From assembly GCA_018645475.1 (NCBI GenBank), contig JABGWU010000370.1:502-64501 (forward strand): a stretch of DNA of 64,000 nt, given 5' to 3'. Made by a program: the position numbers and the translations under genes. The number at the start of each line of letters is the position of its first letter. Positions within the stretch are counted from its first letter, which is position 1. The notes below the pieces were generated by a model, which was not told the DNA's origin, searched no databases, and worked only from the letters and a program-made list of their open reading frames with translations. This document shows positions 42,062-51,159 of the stretch, piece by piece. This stretch comes from Opitutia bacterium (GTDB lineage: Bacteria; Verrucomicrobiota; Verrucomicrobiia; Opitutales; Seribacteraceae).

Positions 42062-44429
42062 TGGTTTCCTCTAATTCGGCTCTTAGCTCTATGATTGTTT
42101 CTTGAAGTTCTTTAAACTCCATGGTTTTGATTTGGTTTTCTTTTTGCAAACTTTCTTCATGTAAATTCTTTTTTAACTCAATCTCATCCCTTAGGGCATT
42201 CACCATACTTTTGAAATGATTTATCTCTCGATGTTGAGTTGCCAAAGCTTGCTGAATTGCATCCCCTTTACTAATTTCAAGTTTTTCAAGTTGATTTCGG
42301 AGTGACGATACATTTTCTCTCAAATTTTTAATTTCATTTGATGCCATGGCAATGTTTCTTTGTGTTTTATCTTCCTTTTGCACTCTTAATTCATCATTTC
42401 GAACTCTAAGGGACAGAATGGATTGTTTTAAATGCTCGTTTTCTTTACTAACTGTAAAGATAGCACTTTGTAAGGCTTCTTCCTTTTCAATATTCTTGTG
42501 ATCAAGTTCTTCTCTGAGTCGAGAAATATTCTTTTTTAAAATTAGGGTTTCATTTTCTTTTGTTGAAATTGCAAGCTGTATTGCGTCTTCTTTTTCAAAT
42601 ACAAGTTTATCCATTTTTTCCCTAGCTAACCTTACACTTTCTCTTAGAGTTTTTAACTCTATTGTGTAAGTGGCTTCAACTTTTTGTGCTATTTGTTGTT
42701 CCCTTTGCTGGGATTTCTCGAGTTCCTCGCGTAAACTTTTTGTTGTCTTTTTGAGAGAGTTGATTTCGGATTCGGATTTAGCAAGGGTTCTTTGGATTTT
42801 ATCTTCTTGCCGAGATTTTGTAAGTTCAAGTTGTTCGCGTAGACTTTGAGAAGAAAGTTTTAACTGATTGATTTCATTTAGTGAGCTAGAATATGCAAGC
42901 TGAACATTCTCCTCTTCTTTGATTTGGGCTTTATCTAGTTCGGTACGTAAGTCTGAACTTAATTCCTTTAGAGATCTAATTTCGCTTTCTTTTTCAGAAA
43001 CTGCTTTTTGCACTTCGGATACAGAGTCAAGTTTGACAGCTTCAAATTTGCTTCTAATAGATACTAGTGATTTTTTTAATTGATTAATCTCTTTATTTGA
43101 GACGGAGATTGCTTGCTGTACCGATTCTTCCTTATCCATAAGGTTTCTTTCCAACTCTTCTCTTAGTTCTGAAACAGTATTTTGTAGCGATCTTATTAAG
43201 GTATTCGCAGTTGCAGTTGCTTTTTGTACTCTATCTTCTTCCCTTGCTTTCGCATGTTCTAAATTATTACGCACCATCGACAAGGAGTTTTTAAGTTGCT
43301 GTATCTCACTTTGGGCAGAAGACTTGGCATTCTGTTCGGCTTCTTCCTTATCGATTAAAACTCTTTCTAACTCTTCTCTAATATCGTAGATTGTTGATTT
43401 CAGAGATTTGATTTCTGCATGTGCCGTAGCTTTTGCTTTTTGTATTCTATCCTCCTCTCTTGCCTTTTCGAGGTCAAGATTATCTCTTGCTAGTGCTAAT
43501 GATGTCCTTAATTGATTTATTTCGTCTTGAGCTCGAGAAACTGCTTTTTGAACATTAGCTTCTTCTTTGCCACTAGCTATCTCAAGTTCTTCCCTAAGGG
43601 ATTGAATGGTTCCTTTTAATGATTTAACTTCTTTAGCATTAGTGCTATTGATTTTCTGAAATTTATCATCTTGATCGCTCTGGTGTCTTTCAATTTTTTC
43701 TCGAGCTAGTAGAAGTGTAGTCTTAAGTGCTGCAACTTCTGAAATGTGTAATGAATTAACCTGTTGAATCGCATCTAGTTTACTATTATCCGCTTTTTCT
43801 ATTTCAAATCGCAGGCTTGAGATAGTCTTTTTAAGGTCTTCAATTTCTTTGAATGAAGCAGATTTTGTTTTTTGAACTTTTTGTTCATGATCTGCTTGTA
43901 TTCTTTCAATTTTTTCTCTTAGCTTGTAAGATGATTGTCGTAACTGTTCTAGTTCTTGTTGCGAACTTCGTTTGATATTTTGTTCAATGTCTTGTTTTTC
44001 AGCTTCAGATTTATCAAGGGCAATTCTTATTTCAAGCAAGCTTTTCTTTAGTTGTTGGCTAATTTGATTTTCATGCCCAATTGCTTTTTGGATATTTTCT
44101 TGAGATTTAGCCTTAGTAAATTCTAGTTCGAATCTTAAATTTTGGATAGTTTCCTTCAACTGCGAGGCAACCTGTTGCTTAGAAGTTTGGAGAAATTGCT
44201 TCTCTTCTTCGCTAATGGCAATAAATTTGTCTTTTTCTTCCCTTTGTTTTTTGATTGTTTCTTTTAGGAATTTTTGTTCCCTAGAAAACTCCAAGGTTTT
44301 CGACTGCACGGAAGAAAGTTGTTCGTTGTGCGATTTTTCTAGTTCACTTCTCAAATTGAAAATCGTCTGTTTAAGAAATCGATTTTCTTGAAAAAGTAAT
44401 TCAGCCTCTTCTTGAGATAATTGAGACAT
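42051..44429 (-). CDS. Long coiled-coil protein built of ~22 tandem 36-aa repeats
   Basis: Repeat EI..LK.TI..LR.ELE.....KE..VQ.A...... from about residue 28 to the C-terminus. Stop overlaps the cyclase start. Start adjusted to MSQLSQEEAEL. Confidence 0.88.
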   Translation of the reverse strand: MSQLSQEEAELLFQENRFLKQTIFNLRSELEKSHNEQLSSVQSKTLEFSREQKFLKETIKKQREEKDKFIAISEEEKQFLQTSKQQVASQLKETIQNLRFELEFTKAKSQENIQKAIGHENQISQQLKKSLLEIRIALDKSEAEKQDIEQNIKRSSQQELEQLRQSSYKLREKIERIQADHEQKVQKTKSASFKEIEDLKKTISSLRFEIEKADNSKLDAIQQVNSLHISEVAALKTTLLLAREKIERHQSDQDDKFQKINSTNAKEVKSLKGTIQSLREELEIASGKEEANVQKAVSRAQDEINQLRTSLALARDNLDLEKAREEDRIQKAKATAHAEIKSLKSTIYDIREELERVLIDKEEAEQNAKSSAQSEIQQLKNSLSMVRNNLEHAKAREEDRVQKATATANTLIRSLQNTVSELREELERNLMDKEESVQQAISVSNKEINQLKKSLVSIRSKFEAVKLDSVSEVQKAVSEKESEIRSLKELSSDLRTELDKAQIKEEENVQLAYSSSLNEINQLKLSSQSLREQLELTKSRQEDKIQRTLAKSESEINSLKKTTKSLREELEKSQQREQQIAQKVEATYTIELKTLRESVRLAREKMDKLVFEKEDAIQLAISTKENETLILKKNISRLREELDHKNIEKEEALQSAIFTVSKENEHLKQSILSLRVRNDELRVQKEDKTQRNIAMASNEIKNLRENVSSLRNQLEKLEISKGDAIQQALATQHREINHFKSMVNALRDEIELKKNLHEESLQKENQIKTMEFKELQETIIELRAELEETNAR

Positions 44430-44561
44430 AAGGTCAATAATAAGAAAGATTAGATGGTAAATTTGCAAACAATAAGATTTTTTTCAATTAATTATGCTTG
44501 CAAAGATGTGGTCTGAGATTTTGCATAAAAACCACTGTTTAGTCTTTAATATTATTAATTA

Positions 44562-45752
44562 ATGAAAACAATCTATTTAGCATTACATTTACTTATTTTC
44601 TGTTATTGTGTTTCTTGCTCTAGTGAACCCCATGATGAGATTTCGATAGATAGTAAAATCAAGGATGATGCTTCCGATGAGATTACAGATTTGAATCAAA
44701 TTTTACAAATTGATAAAAACATTGATCCAGATTTGGATTTTGAGAATCTTCTAAGTTTGGGAACTGAGGTTAAGACTTCAGATGTCACTGGAGTTTTAAA
44801 TTATGATGAAAAACTTTTACCCATCGAACCTGTGACCACAACACCAAGCCAAAAAATTAAATCAAAAGATTTAGAAGCTGAAACTGCATTTAAAAATTTA
44901 GAGGTAAATTCTTTAGAGCACAAAAAATCTATTGAGGATTTAAGAATCATAAATCATAAAAAAGATCAAACAATTGCATCGCTCTCCCTTTTGAACGACG
45001 AACTAATTTCTGAAATCAAGAGAATCAAAGGCGAGGGAGCTAACAATAATTCAAACAATCTTCCGGATGTTGGATCATCCAACACGAATTTAGGCATATT
45101 AAAATCAGAAGTTAAGAAACTTAAAAATAATTTGGCTTTGAAGTCGGAAGAGTTGAAAAGCCTTAGATACAGAAACGATTCATTGGAGGGAAGGATCAGT
45201 CAACTCGAGTCGGTACCCAAAATTTCTAATGGCGACCTCTTACCCCGAGTTTCGCAAATTAATCCAACGACTAAACTTTTAATTTCTCCAAATTACAATC
45301 AATTAAATGGCAATTGTAACTTTCAATTTGAAGCGGTAGTCACATCACTTAATGGTAAAAGTAAAGAAGCTTTTTACACTGAATTCTTTATTCTTCCTTA
45401 TAATTTGGAGCATATTATTAGAAAAGGTGGTATTGAATTGAATGATTATTCAGGAATCGACACCTACGCCGAACTTTGGGCTAGATCTAGAAAAAATGCT
45501 TTTTTATTTCCAGATGTTCATAAAAAAATACGATCGCTTCTTTTAGATTTTGAAGACAATGGGGATGGTAAGAGAATAAGAACTGATGTAAACGGATCTG
45601 CTTCAATTAATGGTTTAAAAGCTGGGAAATATTTTGTTATCGGTACAGCTGCATTAGGAAAGGTCGGGGTTACTTGGAGCGTACCAGTCACATTGAACTC
45701 AGGTAACAACAAAATATCCCTAACTCTGGCGAATTGCTCTTGGAGCTTGTGA
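44562..45752 (+). CDS. Putative lipoprotein with coiled coil and C-terminal beta-sandwich (carboxypeptidase-regulatory-like) domain
   Basis: Leader ending CVSC; central coiled coil; RTDVNGSASINGLKAGKYFVIG. Confidence 0.7.
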   Translation: MKTIYLALHLLIFCYCVSCSSEPHDEISIDSKIKDDASDEITDLNQILQIDKNIDPDLDFENLLSLGTEVKTSDVTGVLNYDEKLLPIEPVTTTPSQKIKSKDLEAETAFKNLEVNSLEHKKSIEDLRIINHKKDQTIASLSLLNDELISEIKRIKGEGANNNSNNLPDVGSSNTNLGILKSEVKKLKNNLALKSEELKSLRYRNDSLEGRISQLESVPKISNGDLLPRVSQINPTTKLLISPNYNQLNGNCNFQFEAVVTSLNGKSKEAFYTEFFILPYNLEHIIRKGGIELNDYSGIDTYAELWARSRKNAFLFPDVHKKIRSLLLDFEDNGDGKRIRTDVNGSASINGLKAGKYFVIGTAALGKVGVTWSVPVTLNSGNNKISLTLANCSWSL

Positions 45753-45844
45753 CACTTCTATGATTTTAAGTTTGCCAAAAAGCGGTTAATCTATCTTTTA
45801 GAGTCATTAAGTTTAGTTAATCTTTACTCATATCCAAAATTATT

Positions 45845-48013
45845 ATGGCAACAGAACAATCCTCTGACCAAAGTAAGTTGCAATTATCTTTGCAGCAGAA
45901 ATTAAGTATTCTTTTATCTTTTGCCAAAGACAAAGTTGTCGAACAAATTCAATGTGTTTGGTTCATCATAATGTATTTGGTGGTATTCCAAATTTTAGTT
46001 CTAGGTCTTCCAATAGTTTATTCACTAATGATAGCAGTCGGTATATTGATAGTTATCGTAGGACTTGCCTTCTTTATGGAAGGTTTAAGGCTTGGACTGA
46101 TGCCACTAGGAGAAACTTTAGGATCAACACTGCCTAGAAAGAAAATTCTTGGAATTCCTTGCCTTCCCGCAAGTTTAGCTTTTGGATTCGTCTTGGGGGC
46201 ATTTGCGACTTTTGCTGAACCGGCAATTGGGGTACTTCGGGCTGCTGGTGCTGGCGTAGACCCAACAGCCGCACCATTACTTTGGACTATCCTGAATACA
46301 GGTGCAGCGATGCTTGTAAATTGTGTTGGGGTAGGAGTAGGTATAGCAGTTCTTCTTGGTGTTCTTCGTTTTTATAAAGGCTGGTCTTTAAAGCCTTTTA
46401 TTTACGCCGGTGTTATCATATTGTCCTGCATTACATTGTATATGCAATTTTCAGATGACAGGCTAAGGCATGTACTCGGACTTGCGTGGGATTGTGGAGC
46501 TGTAACCACTGGCCCTGTTACAGTGCCATTAGTGCTAGCTTTGGGAATTGGAGTTTGCAGAATAGTTTCAACTGGTGGTTCTAGCAATACTGGTTTTGGA
46601 GTCGTAACCTTGGCATCTCTCTTTCCGATTTTGGCAGTAATGTGCTATGCAAATTATCTCTTCGAAACAGATAACTACTACATGGCTAAGAATTCTACCG
46701 AGGATTGGCATTTTAAAGCAGGTGAATACGGGAAAAATTACCCCAAAGATTTGCAGAAGTATGGTGATATTGTTGCTGCAGAAAGAATTGCTGATTCCGT
46801 GGGTATCGGAGAGACTGAATTAGCTTGGTCATTATCCTCAAACGAAAGAAAGGAAGTAGGTAAATATCTCGATGAAAACCACAAACTCCCGGAAGGATAT
46901 TCTCTTAAAACAAGGATTTCCGAAGGTATTATTGTACCAATTGCATTAGACAAGAACTCAACAGATTCACGCGAAAATGTTGAGGTACAGGGAGCTAAGA
47001 CATATCTAGTTAGAGAGGGCTTTAAGGCTCCAGATGGTGTCTGGGATGAAGAAGCGGATATTGCTGAATCATTTACTAATAATTTTGACTTTTTCCCTAA
47101 TACTTTCAAGCCAGAAGAAGATAAAAATGGTAATGGGGTTTTAGACAATGGCGAAGACTTTTACAGTATTAACCCAGAGGGTACTATTGATTACAGTAAG
47201 ACTAATGGTGAGCTAGATGGTCCAGACCAAGACAGAGGTGCCTTGGAAGGAGCTATATGGGCAATTGTACCGCTTTGTTCAATTTTACTTTTAGTACTCA
47301 TGGGTGGCTTAAGGCAAAGGCCTAAATATCTTGATGAGCTTTTTATCGGTATTTCTTGTGCTGTTATCGGTATGTGCCTTTTTAATCTTGGTATTGCACT
47401 GGGCTTAACTCCACTAGGTGAACAGTTAGGAGGAAATGTTGTTTCGAGTTTCACATCTATTCAACCTTGGCAAAGCGAAGGTTTTGTTGACCCACTATTT
47501 AAGTCATCAACCGCTGGAAAATGTTTGGCAATTCTTTTTGGTTTTATTCTAGGGTATGGAGCTACGCTAGCTGAACCAGCCTTGAATGCACTTGGTTCTA
47601 CAGTAGAAAAAATAACCGTTGGAGCCTTTAAGAAAAATTTGCTTATGCAGGCTGTTGCAACTGGAGTGGCTCTTGGAATTGCTACTGGTGTCGCTAAAAT
47701 TGCATTTAATCTTGAACTATGGTATCTATTAATTCCTCCCTATGCGTTTTTACTCATCTTAACTTTTTTCTCAAGCGAAGATTTTGTTAATTTTGGCTGG
47801 GATAGTGCAGGTGTAACTACTGGGCCAATAACAGTTCCTTTAGTTTTAGCCATGGGATTAGGAATTGGGGCAAAAACAGGTGCTATTGATGGTTTTGGGG
47901 TTCTTTCCTTGGCATCTGTAGGGCCTATTATCACTGTATTGACAGTTGGACTACTTGTTAGGAAAAAACCTAAATCCACGGATAATATGGACAACAAAAT
48001 GGAGGCTGCATAA
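45845..48013 (+). CDS. Fused double-DUF1538 membrane protein with soluble insert
   Basis: Two copies of GL..GL.PLGE, AT.AEPA and WD..VTTGP.TVPLVLA.G.G, FGV..LAS..PI. The insert contains EDKNGNGVLDNGEDF. Confidence 0.88.
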   Translation: MATEQSSDQSKLQLSLQQKLSILLSFAKDKVVEQIQCVWFIIMYLVVFQILVLGLPIVYSLMIAVGILIVIVGLAFFMEGLRLGLMPLGETLGSTLPRKKILGIPCLPASLAFGFVLGAFATFAEPAIGVLRAAGAGVDPTAAPLLWTILNTGAAMLVNCVGVGVGIAVLLGVLRFYKGWSLKPFIYAGVIILSCITLYMQFSDDRLRHVLGLAWDCGAVTTGPVTVPLVLALGIGVCRIVSTGGSSNTGFGVVTLASLFPILAVMCYANYLFETDNYYMAKNSTEDWHFKAGEYGKNYPKDLQKYGDIVAAERIADSVGIGETELAWSLSSNERKEVGKYLDENHKLPEGYSLKTRISEGIIVPIALDKNSTDSRENVEVQGAKTYLVREGFKAPDGVWDEEADIAESFTNNFDFFPNTFKPEEDKNGNGVLDNGEDFYSINPEGTIDYSKTNGELDGPDQDRGALEGAIWAIVPLCSILLLVLMGGLRQRPKYLDELFIGISCAVIGMCLFNLGIALGLTPLGEQLGGNVVSSFTSIQPWQSEGFVDPLFKSSTAGKCLAILFGFILGYGATLAEPALNALGSTVEKITVGAFKKNLLMQAVATGVALGIATGVAKIAFNLELWYLLIPPYAFLLILTFFSSEDFVNFGWDSAGVTTGPITVPLVLAMGLGIGAKTGAIDGFGVLSLASVGPIITVLTVGLLVRKKPKSTDNMDNKMEAA

Positions 48014-48014
48014 A

Positions 48015-49127
48015 ATGAGTAAACTTACTATAAGTAACAGCGTGTCCTTATTGACTTTGATTTTACCGAAGGAATCAGTCGGGGTTGTCTCTACAGCGAT
48101 AGCAGAAGAAGGAGCCAAGGGGATAGTTCAAATTAGTGCTCGTGGTTCAGTACTTAATGAGGGGGGACTTTTGCAAAGAATGTTTCCACCTCCTGCACCT
48201 GAGCAACAACTATTGCAAGCTTTAGTTCCAAATTCGAAGATTGATCAGATTACTGATAGGGCGATAGCGGTTGGTAACTTAGACAAAGTCGGTAGCGGTG
48301 CGGTATTTACAATATCTTGTAATGATGCACACTTTTCTCAAAACTTTCCATCGAATGTTGATTCTGTCAATGGTGATAATCCCGCAAATCAATCAGCTAA
48401 CCTTGAAGCTATTTGTTGTATTTGTGAAATTGGAGTAGCTGATGACATTGCAAAGGCTGCACTTCAAAATGGAGCACCTGGACCAACTGTAACATTTGGC
48501 GAGGGAGGTGGTATACGTGACAAAATACCATTACTTAGGATAACTAAAGGTCCTGAAAAGGAATTTGTATGGTGTGTGGTTGATAAGTCTGATTCAGATG
48601 CAATTTTTGCTGATATGGCTCGTGCTGGCAGGATTACTGAACCGGGTAGAGGTTTCATGTACTCCATTCCAGTAAATTCAGGATTAATTAATGTATCCAG
48701 TACTGTTTCTTCTTCTGCACATGGTGCTAATATGGAACAGATTATTGCAGCATTAGATGACCTTAAAGGCGATAAAGAATGGAGACAATCAATCGATTCT
48801 TCAAAGAGTAAATCACTTAAAACTACATATCTTAAAGATTTAGTTGGAATTTATTGTATTGTTCCTCGCGACAATTATTCTGAAGTATATGATGCTGTTC
48901 TTGATTCAGGAGCACCAGGAGTAAGTACTAATTTTGGGGTAATGATCGACGCTGATAGTGATCAACAACAAAATGAGGAATGGGCACTTGTATATACTTC
49001 AGTTGGACCAAACAGTGTTAATGATTTAAGAAATACAGTTGAAGATAAAATATCATCTTTAGGGATTGATCGATTTGCATTTTACACACTACCAATTCCA
49101 AGAGCACTTACTTATCTTGGTGGTTAA
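48015..49127 (+). CDS. Protein of three tandem PII-like (GlnB/SbtB-fold) domains
   Basis: Three ~100-aa units each with G(A)xG, a T-loop-like segment and a B-loop (GSGAVF; GRGFMY; degenerate third unit). Starts 1 nt after the DUF1538 gene stop. Confidence 0.8.
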   Translation: MSKLTISNSVSLLTLILPKESVGVVSTAIAEEGAKGIVQISARGSVLNEGGLLQRMFPPPAPEQQLLQALVPNSKIDQITDRAIAVGNLDKVGSGAVFTISCNDAHFSQNFPSNVDSVNGDNPANQSANLEAICCICEIGVADDIAKAALQNGAPGPTVTFGEGGGIRDKIPLLRITKGPEKEFVWCVVDKSDSDAIFADMARAGRITEPGRGFMYSIPVNSGLINVSSTVSSSAHGANMEQIIAALDDLKGDKEWRQSIDSSKSKSLKTTYLKDLVGIYCIVPRDNYSEVYDAVLDSGAPGVSTNFGVMIDADSDQQQNEEWALVYTSVGPNSVNDLRNTVEDKISSLGIDRFAFYTLPIPRALTYLGG

Positions 49128-49164
49128 TTGTAGTAGTTTTTATATTACTTAAATAAAATCAGTC

Positions 49165-50049
49165 TTAATTTCTTACAAGTTGAAATTCTGATAGTGACCA
49201 TTCATTCATAGTCCTTTTTTTCGATATAAATTGTTTATTCAAAGACTTAAAAACTTCTTCATAATGAGTGTGTATAGTATCATTTTCTGATACTAAAATA
49301 CCGGACAATAATAGGTAACCCCCGGTATCCATAAGTTTAATAAGTTGGTGGGCATTTTTCTTCAGGATATCTGCTTGTATGTTTGCAACAATAAACCCGT
49401 ACTTTTGTGTATCATCAAGATTTTGTATGTCAGATGAAATATATTTAATATTATCAATGGAATTCATATCAGCGTTTACTTTTGAAACTTTAAGAGCAAT
49501 TTCATCGTTATCTACTGCCCATATTTTTTTAAACCCCAGTTCACTTGCAGTTAATGCAAGGATTCCTGAGCCAGTTCCCACATCAATAAATGTCTGTTTC
49601 TCGTCACAACTAAGATGTTTGTTAATTGAGACAAGCATTTCTAGGCACAATTTAGTTGTTTCGTGACTTCCTGTACCAAATGCCATTCCTGGGTCTAAAA
49701 AAATCTTTAAATCATCTTTGGGTACTGAATAAGTTTCTTTACACCAAATAGGTATCCAGTGGAACTTATCTATTTTCCATGGTTTAAAATGTTTTTTATA
49801 AGAATTTTTCCAGTCTTCATCATGAATTGTTATTTTAGAAAAGGTGTCTGAAAATTTTCTTCTTGTTAGATCACTCAATTTTTTGAGTTCTCTATCAGCT
49901 TCTCTTTCTGTTTTAAAATATCCTTCTAGCAGTGTAACTTTGCTTATGTGGCTATAATTTATTATCCAGTTATGTGGGGCAATTTCATAAAGAATCTCCT
50001 CAATTAAATCCAATAAGTTATCCTGTAGGCCCCCAAATATCTTTATCAT
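49165..50049 (-). CDS. prmA: Ribosomal protein L11 methyltransferase
   Basis: DPGMAFGTGSHETT; DVGTGSGIL; VANI. Confidence 0.93.
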   Translation of the reverse strand: MIKIFGGLQDNLLDLIEEILYEIAPHNWIINYSHISKVTLLEGYFKTEREADRELKKLSDLTRRKFSDTFSKITIHDEDWKNSYKKHFKPWKIDKFHWIPIWCKETYSVPKDDLKIFLDPGMAFGTGSHETTKLCLEMLVSINKHLSCDEKQTFIDVGTGSGILALTASELGFKKIWAVDNDEIALKVSKVNADMNSIDNIKYISSDIQNLDDTQKYGFIVANIQADILKKNAHQLIKLMDTGGYLLLSGILVSENDTIHTHYEEVFKSLNKQFISKKRTMNEWSLSEFQLVRN

Positions 50050-50636
50050 TTAAGGAATGAAATTGTACCGTTTGCTAAATCTCTAATTACCCACGGCAAA
50101 AGCATATGTTCAGCGGCGTGTACCTTTTGTTTAACAAGTTCAAGATCATCACTATTCATAATCCTCACAGGGACTTGTGCAATAATTTCACCTTCGTCAA
50201 TCTCTTCGTTTACCCAGTGAACTGTACAACCTGTAATTTTCACTTTTTTATTAAACGCTTTTTCAATGGAGTGTAATCCTGGAAAACTTGGAAGTAGACT
50301 TGGGTGTAGATTTATTACTTTATAATTAAATTCTAACAAAATCTTTTTTGATAGAATTCTCATAAACCCAGCCAACACGATCAAGTCAGGATTCAAGGAT
50401 TTAATTTCTTGAATCCAATTTTCTTCTAGTTCTTGTGTAATTATAGAATTTTGACTTCCTGGATCTAGATAAATTGCTGGTACATTATAAACTTTAGAAT
50501 GTTTAAGAATATTTGAATCTTCCACATCAGAAAAAACTCCAACAACCTCAGTCCCGTCTAGTTGTCCTTCTGCAGAAGATTTTAATATCGCTTCTGCATT
50601 TGAACCTGTACCTGATCCTAAAATGACAATTCTCAT
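50046..50636 (-). CDS. purN: Phosphoribosylglycinamide formyltransferase
   Basis: GSGTGSN; LAGFMRIL; NLHPSLLPSFPG; GCTVHWV. Confidence 0.96.
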   Translation of the reverse strand: MRIVILGSGTGSNAEAILKSSAEGQLDGTEVVGVFSDVEDSNILKHSKVYNVPAIYLDPGSQNSIITQELEENWIQEIKSLNPDLIVLAGFMRILSKKILLEFNYKVINLHPSLLPSFPGLHSIEKAFNKKVKITGCTVHWVNEEIDEGEIIAQVPVRIMNSDDLELVKQKVHAAEHMLLPWVIRDLANGTISFLK

Positions 50637-50643
50637 TAAACAA

Positions 50644-51159
50644 CTAACTATGTTTATAAATTATATCTCTTATTAGAGAGGAAGTGTTTCTTTCAGGCAA
50701 GAAAGATACGAATTTAATTTGAGATTTTACCTTTAGTAATGCGTTGAGTTCATGTTTGTCTATTGAGTTTGCATTGTAATCTCCTGCTTTTACATAAATG
50801 TCAGGTTCAAGGGCAATAATTTCTTCATCCAATCTTTCGTTATTAAATAATGTAACCCCAGAAACACATGATAAATTACTCAAAATATATGCTCTGTCCA
50901 ATTCTGAAATAATCGGTCTCTTGTCACCTTTCAACTTTTTAACACTTGAGTCCGAATTTATTAAAACCCAAAGATAATCCCCTAAAGTACTTGCTTGCTT
51001 AAGTGAAAAAACATGTCCGCTATGCAATAAATCAAAACAGCCATTCGTAACCACAAATGTCTTTTTATCTCTAATAGCTTTATGTCTAAATTTTATCGCT
51101 TCATCTAAAGAAGAAACGCAATTAATAATTTCTGTATTTTTATCCAATATTTTAGTCAA
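50644..51159 (-). CDS. Adenylyl/cytidylyltransferase (RfaE domain II-like)
   Basis: [12 protein letters not shown]; [15 protein letters not shown]; YVKAGDY. Confidence 0.88.
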   Translation of the reverse strand: MTKILDKNTEIINCVSSLDEAIKFRHKAIRDKKTFVVTNGCFDLLHSGHVFSLKQASTLGDYLWVLINSDSSVKKLKGDKRPIISELDRAYILSNLSCVSGVTLFNNERLDEEIIALEPDIYVKAGDYNANSIDKHELNALLKVKSQIKFVSFLPERNTSSLIRDIIYKHS

